A stretch of 64,000 bases of DNA from Octopus sinensis (taxonomy: Eukaryota), in the NCBI RefSeq assembly GCF_006345805.1, contig NC_042998.1, positions 159,774,001 through 159,838,000 on the forward strand, read 5' to 3'. The position numbers were made by a program, and so were the translations under genes. Below the pieces are notes generated by a model. It saw nothing but the letters and a program-made list of their open reading frames with translations, was not told where the DNA came from and ran no database searches. The first letter of the stretch is position 1. The number at the start of each line of letters is the position of its first letter. Of this stretch, positions 22,472 through 34,621 are shown piece after piece.

Positions 22472-22901
22472 TTAAAACATAATATAAATAGGAGAGAGGG
22501 AGAATATTGTAGTGAATTCTGGGGATGGAATAACAACGGGATGACACTGAAATTAAAGGAGGAATTTAAAATGCATGACAGACAGGAAGCCATGCATACA
22601 AGATGGCGAAACAAATAATAGAGAAACGGGATTTAGGGTTACGAATCAACGCTTAAAAAATGATATGAATGACAGGTTGTAAGTTAAATTCGCTTAGCTG
22701 GTCATTTTTCGAGTCAGTGTTTTGTCAGCAAGATGTAGAATCGAGAAGAAGGACGAGATAAATCGAACACTGCTTTATAAAGGGTTAGGGATTGGGGGGG
22801 GATTATCAGGTGGAAGCATGAGAAAGAGAGAGGGGGGAGGAAGAGAGAGAGAGAGAGCTAAGGGACAACATGTTTAATTCGTAAGGAATTTTCTCTGCAA
22901 C
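22472..22901 (-). promoter_or_regulatory. Array module 2
   Basis: Near-identical to module 1. TTTATAAA at 22774-22781, CAAGATGGCG at 22599-22608. Confidence 0.5.
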
Positions 22902-25286
22902 AGAAATTACTGAACATCTAGAAACTTCGGGGTTCGAGAAGAATGTAATATAAATAAGAGAGAGAGAAAATATTTCGTAGGGAATTTAGGGTATCTTTGA
23001 ACAACAGGTTTTAAGTTAATACGTAGGGAATTTTCTGCGACAGAAATTACTGAACATCTAGAACTTCGGGGTTCGAGAAGAATGTAATATAAATAAGAGA
23101 GAGAGAAAATATTTCGTAGGGAATTTAGGGTATCTTTGAACAACAGGTTTTAAGTTAATACGTAGGGAATTTTCTGCGACAGAATTACTGAACATCTAGA
23201 AACTTCGGGTTCGAGAAGAATGTAATATAAATAAGAGAGAGAGAAAATATTTCGTAGGGAATTTAGGGTATCTTTGAACAACAGGTTTTAAGTTAATACG
23301 TAGGGAATTTTCTGCGACAGAAATTACTGAACATCTAGAAACTTCGGGGTTCGAGAAGAATGTAATATAAATAAGAGAGAGAGAAAATATTTCGTAGGGA
23401 ATTTAGGGTATCTTTGAACAACAGTTTTAAGTTAATACGTAGGGAATTTTCTGCGACAGAAATTACTGAACATCTAAACCTTCGGGTTCGAGAAGAATGT
23501 AATATAAATAAGAGAGAGAAAATATTTCGTAGGGAATTTAGGGTATCTTTGAACAACAGGTTTTAAGTTAATACGTAGGGAATTTTCTGCGACAGAAATT
23601 ACTGAACATCTAGAAACTTCGGGGTTCGAGAAGAATGTAATATAAATAAGAGAGAGAGAAATATTTCGTAGGGAATTTAGGGTATCTTTGAACAACAGGT
23701 TTTAAGTTAATACGTAGGGAATTTTCTGCGACAGAAATTACTGAACATCTAGAAACTTCGGGGTTCGAGAAGAATGTAATATAAATAAGAGAGAGAGAAA
23801 ATATTTCGTAGGGAATTTAGGGTATCTTTGAACAACAGGTTTTAAGTTAATACGTAGGGAATTTTCTGCGACAGAAATTACTGAACATCTAGAAACTTCG
23901 GGGTTCGAGAAGAATGTAATATAAATAAGAGAGAGAGAAAATATTTCGTAGGGAATTTAGGGTATCTTTGAACAACAGGTTTTAAGTTAATACGTAGGGA
24001 ATTTTCTGCGACAGAAATTACTGAACATCTAGAAACTTCGGGGTTCGAGAAGAATGTAATATAAATAAGAGAGAGAATATTTCGTAGGGATTTAGGGTAT
24101 CTTTGAACAACAGTTTTAAGTTAATACGTAGGGAATTTTCTGCGACAGAAATTACTGAACATCTAGAAACTTCGGGGTTCGAGAAGAATGTATATAAATA
24201 AGAGAGAGAGAAAATATTTCGTAGGGAATTTAGGGTATCTTTGAACAACAGGTTTTAAGTTAATACGTAGGGATTTTCTGCGACAGAAATTACTGAACAT
24301 CTAGAAACTTCGGGGTTCGAGAAGAATGTAATATAAATAAGAGAGAGAGAAAATATTGTAGGGAATTTAGGGTATCTTTGAACAACAGTTTTAAGTAATA
24401 CGTAGGGAATTTTCTGCGACAGAAATTACTGAACATCTAAAACTTCGGGGTTCGAGAAGAATGTAATATAAATAAGAGAGAGAAAATATTTCGTAGGGAT
24501 TTAGGGTATCTTTGAACAACAGGTTTTAAGTTAATACGTAGGGAATTTTCTGCGACAGAAATTACTGAACATCTAGAAACTTCGGGGTTCGAGAAGAATG
24601 TAATATAAATAAGAGAGAGAGAAAATATTTCGTAGGGAATTTAGGGTATCTTTGAACAACAGGTTTTAAGTTAATACGTAGGGAATTTTCTGCGACAGAA
24701 ATTACTGAACATCTAGAAACTTCGGGGTTCGAGAAGAATGTATATAAATAGAGAGAGAGAAATATTTCGTAGGGAATTTAGGGTATCTTTGAACAACAGG
24801 TTTTAAGTTAATACGTAGGAATTTTCTGCGACAGAAATTACTGAACATCTAGAAACTTCGGGGTTCGAGAAGAATGTAATATAATAAGAGAGAGAGAAAA
24901 TATTTCGTAGGGAATTTAGGGTATCTTTGAACAACAGGTTTTAAGTTAATACGTAGGGAATTTTCTGCGACAGAAATTACTGAACATCTAGAAACTTCGG
25001 GGTTCGAGAAGAATGTAATATAAATAAGAGAGAGAGAAAATATTTCGTAGGGAATTTAGGGTATCTTTGAACAACAGGTTTTAAGTTAATACGTAGGGAA
25101 TTTTCTGCGACAGAATTACTGAACATCTAGAAACTTCGGGGTTCGAGAAGAATGTAATATAAATAAGAGAGAGAGAAAATATTTCGTAGGGAATTTAGGG
25201 TATCTTTGAACAACAGGTTTTAAGTTAATACGTAGGGAATTTTCTCCGACAGAAATTACTGAACATCTAGAAACTTCGGGGTTCGA

Positions 25287-25712
25287 TTAAAACATAATAT
25301 AAATAGGAGAGAGGGAGAATATTGTAGTGAATTCTGGGGATGGAATAACAACGGGATGCACTGAAATTAAAGAGGAATTTAAAATGCATGACAGACAGGA
25401 AGCCATGCATACAAGATGGCGAAACAACAATAGAGAAACGGGATTTAGGGTTACGAATCAACGCTTAAAAAATGAATATGAATGACAGGTTGTAAGTTAA
25501 ATTCGCTTAGCTGGTCATTTTTCGAGTCAGTGTTTTGTCAGCAAGATGTAGAATCGAGAAGAGGACGAGATAAATCGAACACTGCTTTATAAAGGGTTAG
25601 GGATTGGGGGGGGATTATCAGGTGGAAGCATGAGGAAAGAGAGAGAGGGGGGAGGAAGAGAGAGAGAGAGAGCTAAGGACAACATGTTAATTCGTAAGGA
25701 ATTTTCTGCAAC
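25287..25712 (-). promoter_or_regulatory. Array module 3
   Basis: TTTATAAA at 25586-25593, CAAGATGGCG at 25412-25421. Confidence 0.5.
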
Positions 25713-27969
25713 AGAAATTACTGAACATCTAGAAACTTCGGGGTTCGAGAAGAATGTAATATAAATAAGAGAGAGAGAAAATTTTCGTAGGGAATTTAGG
25801 GTATCTTTGAACAACAGGTTTTAAGTTAATACGTAGGGAATTTTCTGCGACAGAAATTACTGAACATCTAGAACTTCGGGTTCGAGAAGAATGTAATATA
25901 AATAAAGAGAGAGAAATATTTCGTAGGGAATTTAGGGTATCTTTGAACAACAGGTTTTAAATTAATACGTAGGGAATTTTCTGCGACAGAAATTACTGAA
26001 CATCTAGAAACTTCGGGGTTCGAGAAGAATGTAATATAAATAAGAGAGAGAGAAAATATTTCGTAGGGAATTTAGGGTATCTTTGAACAACAGGTTTTAA
26101 GTTAATACGTAGGGAATTTTCTGCGACAGAAATTACTGAACATCTAGAAACTTCGGGGTTCGAGAAGAATGTAATATAAATAAGAGAGAGAGAAAATATT
26201 TCGTAGGGAATTTAGGGTATCTTTGAACAACAGGTTTTAAGTTAATACGTAGGGAATTTTCTGCGACAGAAATTACTGAACATCTAGAACCTTCGGGGTT
26301 CGAGAAGAATGTAATATAAATAAGAGAGAGAGAAATATTTCGTAGGAATTTAGGGTATCTTTGAACAACAGTTTTAAGTTAATACGTAGGGAATTTTCTG
26401 CGACAGAAATTACTGAACATCTAGAAACTTCGGGGTTCGAGAAGAATGTAATATAAATAAGAAGAGAGAAAATATTTCGTAGGGAATTTAGGGTATCTTT
26501 GAACAACAGGTTTTAAGTTAATACGTAGGGAATTTTCTGCGACAGAAATTACTGAACATCTAGAAACTTCGGGGTTCGAGAAGAATGTAATATAAATAAG
26601 AGAGAGAGAAAATATTTCGTAGGGATTTAGGGTATCTTTGAACAACAGGTTTTAAGTTAATACGTAGGGAATTTTCTGCGACAGAAATTACTGAACATCT
26701 AGAAACTTCGGGGTTCGAGAAGAATGTAATATAAATAAGAGAGAGAGAAAATATTTCGTAGGGAATTTAGGGTATCTTTGAACAACAGGTTTTAAGTTAA
26801 TACGTAGGGAATTTTCTGCGACAGAAATTACTGAACATCTAGAAACTTCGGGGTTCGAGAAGAATGTAATATAAATAAGAGAGAGAGAAAATATTTCGTA
26901 GGGAATTTAGGGTATCTTTGAACAACAGGTTTTAAGTTAATACGTAGGGAATTTTCTGCGACAGAAATTACTGAACATCTAGAAACTTCGGGGTTCGAGA
27001 AGAATGTAATATAAATAAGAGAGAGAGAAAATATTTCGTAGGGAATTTAGGGTATCTTTGAACAACAGGTTTTAAGTTAATACGTAGGGAATTTTCTGCG
27101 ACAGAAATTACTGAACATCTAGAAACTTCGGGGTTCGAGAAGAATGTAATATAAATAAGAGAGAGAGAAATATTTCGTAGGGAATTTAGGGTATCTTTGA
27201 ACAACAGGTTTTAAGTTAATACGTAGGGAATTTTCTGCGACAGAAATTACTGAACATCTAGAAACTTCGGGGTTCGAGAAGAATGTAATATATAAGAGAG
27301 AGAGAAAATATTTCGTAGGGAATTTAGGGTATCTTTGAACAACAGTTTTAAGTTAATACGTAGGGAATTTTCTGCGACAGAAATTACTGAACATCTAGAA
27401 ACTTCGGGGTTCGAGAAGAATGTAATATAAATAAGAGAGAGAGAAAATATTTCGTAGGGAATTTAGGGTATCTTTGAACAACAGGTTTTAAGTTAATACG
27501 TAGGGAATTTTCTGCGACAGAAATTACTGAACATCTAGAAACTTCGGGGTTCGAGAAGAATGTAATATAAATAAGAGAGAGAAAATATTTCGTAGGGAAT
27601 TTAGGGTATCTTTGAACAACAGGTTTTAAGTTAATACGTAGGGAATTTTCTGCGACAAATTACTGAACATCTAGAAACTTCGGGGTTCGAGAAGAATGTA
27701 ATATAAATAAGAGAGAGAGAAAATATTTCGTAGGGAATTTAGGGTATCTTTGAACAACAGGTTTTAAGTTAATACGTAGGGAATTTTCTGCGACAGAATT
27801 ACTGAACATCTAGAAACTTCGGGGTTCGAGAAGAATGTAATATAAATAAGAGAGAGAGAAAATATTTCGTAGGGAATTTAGGGTATCTTTGAACAACAGG
27901 TTTTAAGTTAATACGTAGGGAATTTTCTCCGACAGAAATTACTGAACATCTAGAAACTTCGGGGTTCGA

Positions 27970-28398
27970 TTAAAACATAATATAAATAGGAGAGAGGGAG
28001 AATATTGTAGTGAATTCTGGGGATGGAATAACAACGGGATGACACTGAAATTAAAGGAGGAATTTAAAATGCATGACAGACAGGAAGCCATGCATACAAG
28101 ATGGCGAAACAACTAATAGAGAAACGGGATTTGGGTTACGAATCAACGCTTAAAAAATGAATATGAATGACAGGTTGTAAGTTAAATTCGCTTAGCTGGT
28201 CATTTTTCGAGTCAGTGTTTTGTCAGCAAGATGTAGAATCGAGAAGAAGGACGAGATAAATCGAACACTGCTTTATAAAGGGTTAGGGATTGGGGGGGGG
28301 ATTATCATGGAAGCATGAGGAAAGAGAGAGGGGGGAAGGAAGAGAGAGAGAGAGAGCTAAGGGACAACATGTTTAATTCGTAAGGAATTTTCTGCAAC
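27970..28398 (-). promoter_or_regulatory. Array module 4
   Basis: TTTATAAA at 28272-28279, CAAGATGGCG at 28097-28106. Confidence 0.5.
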
Positions 28399-30389
28399 AG
28401 AAATTACTGAACATCTAGAAACTTCGGGGTTCGAGAAGAATGTAATATAAATAAGAGAGAGAAAATATTTCGTAGGGAATTTAGGGTATCTTTGAACAAC
28501 AGGTTTTAAGTTAATACGTAGGGAATTTTCTGCGACAGAAATTACTGAACATCTAGAAACTTCGGGGTTCGAGAAGAATGTAATATAAATAAGAGAGAGA
28601 GAAAATATTTCGTAGGGAATTTAGGGTATCTTTGAACAACAGGTTTTAAGTTAATACGTAGGGAATTTTCTGCGACAGAAATTACTGAACATCTAGAAAC
28701 TTCGGGGTTCGAGAAGAATGTAATATAAATAAGAGAGAGAAAATATTTCGTAGGGAATTTAGGGTATCTTTGAACAACAGGTTTTAAGTTAATACGTAGG
28801 GAATTTTCTGCGACAGAAATTACTGAACATCTAGAAACTTCGGGTTCGAGAAGAATGTAATATAAATAAGAGAGAGAGAAAATATTTCGTAGGGAATTTA
28901 GGGTATCTTTGAACAACAGGTTTTAAGTTAATACGTAGGGAATTTTCTGCGACAGAAATTACTGAACATCTAGAACCTTCGGGGTTCGAGAAGAATGTAA
29001 TATAAATAAGAGAGAGAGAATATTTCGTAGGGAATTTAGGGTATCTTTGAACAACAGGTTTTAAGTTAATACGTAGGGAATTTTCTGCGACAGAAATTAC
29101 TGAACATCTAGAAACTTCGGGGTTCGAGAAGAATGTAATATAAATAAGAGAGAGAGAAAATATTTCGTAGGGAATTTAGGGTATCTTTGAACAACAGGTT
29201 TTAAGTTAATACGTAGGGAATTTTCTGCGACAGAAATTACTGAACATCTAGAAACTTCGGGGTTCGAGAAGAATGTAATATAAATAAGAGAGAGAGAAAA
29301 TATTCGTAGGGAATTTAGGGTATCTTTGAACAACAGGTTTTAAGTTAATACGTAGGGAATTTTCTGCGACAGAAATTACTGAACACTAGAAACTTCGGGT
29401 TCGAGAAGAATGTAATATAAATAAGAGAGAGAGAAAATATTTCGTAGGGAATTTAGGGTATCTTTGAACAACAGGTTTTAAGTTAATACGTAGGGAATTT
29501 TCTGCGACAGAAATTACTGAACATCTAGAAACTTCGGGGTTCGAGAAGAATGTAATATAAATAAGAGAGAGAGAAAATATTTCGTAGGGAATTTAGGTAT
29601 CTTTGAACAACAGGTTTTAAGTTAATACGTAGGGAATTTTCTCTGCGACAGAAATTACTGAACATCTAGAAACTTCGGGGTTCGAGAAGAATGTAATATA
29701 AATAAGAGAGAGAGAAAATATTTCGTAGGGAATTTAGGGTATCTTTGAACAACAGGTTTTAAGTTAATACGTAGGGAATTTTCTGCGACAGAAATTACTG
29801 AACATCTAGAAACTTCGGGGTTCGAGAAGAATGTAATATAAATAAGAGAGAGAGAAAATATTTCGTAGGGAATTTAGGGTATCTTTGAACAACAGGTTTT
29901 AAGTTAATACGTAGGGAATTTTCTGCGACAGAAATTACTGAACATCTAGAAACTTCGGGGTTCGAGAAGAATGTAATATAAATAAGAGAGAGAGAAAATA
30001 TTTCGTAGGGAATTTAGGGTATCTTTGAACAACAGGTTTTAAGTTAATACGTAGGGAATTTTCTGCGACAGAAATTACTGAACATCTAGAAACTTCGGGG
30101 TTCGAGAAGAATGTAATATAAATAAGAGAGAGAGAAAATATTTCGTAGGGAATTTAGGGTATCTTTGAACAACAGGTTTTAAGTTAATACGTAGGGAATT
30201 TTCTGCGACAGAAATTACTGAACATCTAGAACTTCGGGGTTCGAGAAGAATGTAATATAAATAAGAGAGAGAGAAATATTTCGTAGGGAATTTAGGGTAT
30301 CTTTGAACAACAGTTTTAAGTTAATACGTAGGGAATTTTCTGCGACAGAAATTACTGAACATCTAGAAACTTCGGGTTCGAGAAGAATG

Positions 30390-30391
<2 letters not shown>

Positions 30392-30481
<90 letters not shown>

Positions 30482-30505
30482 ATATATATTATTATATATA
30501 TATTA

Positions 30506-30562
<57 letters not shown>
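30392..30562. repeat. (TA)n microsatellite closing the array
   Basis: Directly visible; overlaps the last monomer at AATATA. Confidence 0.95.
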
Positions 30563-30564
<2 letters not shown>

Positions 30565-30865
30565 TAACAATTAAGGAACGGCCATAATAGGCCATTCACC
30601 CACTAGAAATAACAGCCAAAGCTTCTACCGCAAATAAAGATTAATTCCGTAAACAGGAGAAAATTAAAAAAACATTACCCTGTAATTTCTTGTACGGTAT
30701 ACCGTTTCATCCGCGGATGAAACGGTATACCGTACAAGAAATTACAGGGTAAATGTTTTTTTAATTTTCTCCTGTTTACGGAATTAATCTTTATTTGCGG
30801 TAGAAGCTTTGGCTGTTATTTCTAGTGGGTGAATGGCCTATTATGGCCGTTCCTTAATTGTTAAT
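30563..30865. repeat. ~303-bp spacerless palindrome centred on CCG|CGG (30713/30714)
   Basis: Arms of 151 and 152 bp that appear to differ by one A. Confidence 0.95.
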
Positions 30866-30970
30866 GTTGAACTTAAAAATGGTCTATGACTATTTAATTT
30901 TTTCCTACTGGGCCGCTGGTGGCAATAAAATTCTACAAAATTTTCCTTGCCACCCTATATTGATTAATTA

Positions 30971-31017
<47 letters not shown>

Positions 31018-31019
31018 CA

Positions 31020-32072
31020 ATGATAAATCTCTGGGATTGGCCACGTTCGGATGGTGCTTTTTACGTACCACTGGCAGAGGTATCACAACTATTATTTCCA
31101 TTTGTTATTTATTTTGATGTTGATGTACTTGACTCAATAGGTCTCTTCAAGCACAGCAGGTCATGTGCCACAGGCACAGAAGCCAGTCAAGGCAGCGCTG
31201 GCATCAGCCATGTTCAGATGGTGCTTTTTACGTGCCGCCGGCACAGGCATCGTAACTACAATTTCCATTTGGTATTTATTTTGATATTGATGTACTTGAC
31301 TCAATAGGTCTCCTCAAGCACAGCAGGTCACCCTACGATCCAAGGTAAGCACAGCAGGTCGTTCTGCAATCCAAGGTACTTTGGATGGGCTGGGGCTATG
31401 TAAAACTGGTGCAGGAAGCAGGCTGAGTCTTTGCAGTCACAGCATATCTCCAGAGATCTCGGTCTTTCATCATTGCCTCTGTGAGGCCTAACGTTCAAAG
31501 GTCATGCTTGACTACCTCGTCCCATGTCTTCCTGGGTCTACCTCTCCCCCTGATACCTTCAACTGTTTGGGAGTGGCACTTCTTCACACATCTCTCCTCA
31601 TCCATCCGCAGTACATGACCATACCAACGCAAACGTCTCTCTTGCACACCACATCTGATGCTTCTTATGTCCAGCATTTCTCTCAGGGTGCTTACACTCT
31701 GTCGTGTGTGCACACTGACATTACACATCCAACGGATCATGCTAGCTTCATTTCTTTAAAGTCTATGCATGTCCTCTGCAGTCACAGCCCATGTTTCACT
31801 ACCGTGAAGCATGGCAGTTTGCACACATGCATCATGCAATCTACCTTTCACTCTGAGTGAGAGACCCTGTGTCACCAGTAGGGGTAGGAGCTTTCTAAAC
31901 TTTGCCCAGGCTATTCGTATTCTAGTGGTGACACTCTCTGAGCATCCACCTCCACTACTAACTTGGTCACCTAGGTAGCGGAAACTATCAACTACTTCTA
32001 GTTTCTCCCGCTGGAGTGTGATGGAATCTGTTTTCTGAGTATCTGTAGTGTCTATTTCCCCTGTGCATCTGC
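31020..32072 (-). mobile_element. RTE fragment (RT C-terminus plus partial 3' UTR) between two (TA)n tracts
   Basis: EKLEVVDSFRYLGDQVSSGGGC...RGRGRPRKTWDEVVKHDL. Confidence 0.88.
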
Positions 32073-32075
32073 CGC

Positions 32076-32119
<44 letters not shown>

Positions 32120-32122
<3 letters not shown>

Positions 32123-32340
32123 ATATGTTTGTATGTCTGTATTTGTCCCCCCAACATTGCTTGACAACCGATGCTGGTGTGTTTACATCCCTGTAACTTA
32201 GCTGTTCGGCAAAAGAGACCAATAGAATAAGTACTAGGCTTACAAAGAATAAGTCCTAGGGTCAATTTGTTCAACTAAAGGCGGTGCTCCAGCATGGCCG
32301 CAGTCAAATGACTAAAAGAAGTAAAAGAGTAAAAGAGTAT
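32120..32340 (+). mobile_element. SINE 3' half (S2 tail) ending in (TAAAAGAG)n
   Basis: TTGACAACCGATGCTGGTGTGTTTAC...CAGCATGGCCGCAGTCAAATGACT. Confidence 0.8.
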
Positions 32341-32965
32341 TATATATCCATTACAGCCAATCTTACCAATAGGTTTTGCACTAGGGGTTCAACAGGGTGT
32401 TAGGTAAAAGCTCAATTATATAACCTTGCACTTCTCAGAATTGGCAGTTACAGAAGAAAACATGGTGACTGCTTTCTCTCTCTATGTGTGTGTAGGGGAG
32501 GGAGAAGATGTGAATGTGCATTTGTATTTGTGTTTGTTCTCCACTCCTGCTTAACAATCTGCAGTGGTTTGTTTACATCCCCATTACCAAGCAGTTCAGT
32601 AAAAGTGACAAATAGAATAAATACCAAACTTAAAACTAGATATTGGGGTCAATTTGTTTGACTAAACCCTTCAATGTGGTTCCCCAGTATCATCACTGAC
32701 CAATCATTGAAACCAATAAAAGATAAAAGATGTATAAAAACGTATAAAAGATATATATGTCTATAATTTATGCTCATACAGCATGAATGACAAGTACTGA
32801 AATAATTCTAATTATTTGAAAAGGAGGCAGTGTTTCCTGATCACAATTTGTTGATCACAATTTCCTGATCACAATTTGTTGATCACTTCACACAGAGAAA
32901 ATATACTTAATCACCTTCCACAACTAATAGCATAGAGTATTCAGCTACTATATACTGTGGTGGCT

Positions 32966-33048
<83 letters not shown>

Positions 33049-33066
33049 TGGCTAGAACTGATGTGT

Positions 33067-33097
<31 letters not shown>

Positions 33098-33820
33098 GAC
33101 CCTCTCAAAGTACAACAAAGATCAAAAACTACATTTCTATACATAACTGGTGTTTCTAGATTACATACATCCTCAGAATGACATTACTGTAAATAAATTA
33201 GTCTAATAACATAACAATAAATCCATTAGATGAGATATACACTAATTAGATATATCGTTATGGTAATTTCAAGAAGATAGATGCTAGATTGATATAATTG
33301 GTTGGAATATTAATAACGGCTTGTGTTTATTTCACAGCAATTATAAATATCAATTACTTTAAAACACTAAATGAAACGATTGTATATACCTTCATACATA
33401 GCTGCTGTAGATTAACTTAAGATGATCTTGGAATATAACAAGTGTCTTCACTCTCTCCAGTGTGTCTTCACCTGTCCATTATCTTTGTCGACTACAAGTT
33501 GTTATTTCTGCCACTGTTTACTACTAGATGTCACTGGTCATATGTAGGTGGTGGAATCTCCTGGAAATTTATCTTTGTTTCTACACAATTATAAATAAAC
33601 TTACCAGCAGGAGAATTTTTGTAAAAGTAATAATCCTATTTATACACCTTACAATATCCTTAAAAGTGACGCATACATGGTGGACTGTATGGTTTACTAA
33701 GAGACACACAATATCTGCACCATCAGTCATTTACACTAAAGGGCTCATTAAAAAAATTAAATGATTTGAAAGATAAGTCAAGCAAATTGCAAATTCATTT
33801 GTTTAAAATGTTATTGCATG

Positions 33821-33822
<2 letters not shown>

Positions 33823-33892
<70 letters not shown>

Positions 33893-33910
33893 GTTATTAT
33901 TATTATTATT

Positions 33911-33971
<61 letters not shown>
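33823..33971. repeat. (TTA)n abutting (TAA)n
   Basis: Directly visible; the strand switch is near 33913. Confidence 0.95.
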
Positions 33972-33972
<1 letters not shown>

Positions 33973-34610
33973 GGTGGTGAGCTGGTATAACATTAAGCAT
34001 GCTGGATGAAATGCTTAGCAGTATTTTGAGTTCAAACTCTGCCAAGGGCCACTTTGTCTTTCATCCTTTCAAGGTCAATAATTAAGTACCAGTGAAACAC
34101 TAGGGTTGATGTAATCAACTAGTCCCCTTCCCCAGAATTTCAGGCTTTGTGCTAATAGTAGAAAAAATTATTATTACTATTAAGATGATGAGCTGGCAGA
34201 ATTGTTAGCACTCCAAACAAAATGCTTAGCAGTATTTCATCTGCCTTTATGTTCTGAGTTCAAATGCCAACCAAGGTTGATTTTGCCTTTCATCCTTTCA
34301 GTCAAGCCCTGGGGATGATGTAATTGACTAGCCAACTTTCCCAAAATTTCAGGCCTTGTGCCTATAATAGAAAGTATTATCATTATTTTTATTAAGGCAG
34401 TGAGCTGGCAGAATCGTTAGCATGCTGGAAAAAATGCTTTGCAGTATTATGTCCATCTTTGCATTCTGTGTTCAAATTTTGCCAAGGTTGATTTTTGCCT
34501 TACATCCTTTCAGGGTCAATAAAATAAGCACAAGTCAAGTACTGGAGTCGATGTAATCAACTATCTCTCTCCCCCAAATTTAAGGCCTTGTGCTTATAGT
34601 AGAAAGGATT
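33972..34610 (+). mobile_element. Three tandem S1 SINEs separated by (TTA)n
   Basis: AAGG(T/C)...GAGCTGG heads near 33972, 34182 and 34392. Confidence 0.85.
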
Positions 34611-34621
34611 ATTATTATTAT

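Larger units (their letters stand above)
19851..30396. repeat. Higher-order tandem array: ~63 x 140-bp monomers plus four ~430-bp modules
   Basis: Exact 140-bp period (GGTTTTAAGT at 21841, 21981 and 22121). Monomer blocks number about 2.5, 13, 17, 16 and 14 by length division. Confidence 0.97.

Noticed and set aside
20775-29333. Repeated MFKDTLNSLRN... ORFs
   Set aside because: They are read-through of the monomer from non-ATG starts, the frames change with single-base indels, and no domain is recognisable.
19851-30396. CRISPR-like repeat-spacer array
   Set aside because: The interspersed modules are copies of each other rather than unique spacers, the repeat is 140 bp, there are no cas genes, and the context is eukaryotic.
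19851-30396. Telomere or interstitial telomeric tract
   Set aside because: TTAGGG occurs only singly or as about 1.5 units, never as a run.
33528-33620. Short minus-strand frame ending EIPPPTYDQ (PPxY motif)
   Set aside because: The frame is short and closed by an upstream stop, the splice signals are ambiguous, and I recognise no homologue.
33823-33971. (TTA)n-(TAA)n junction as a functional hairpin
   Set aside because: It is most simply two microsatellite tails or targets in opposite orientation.
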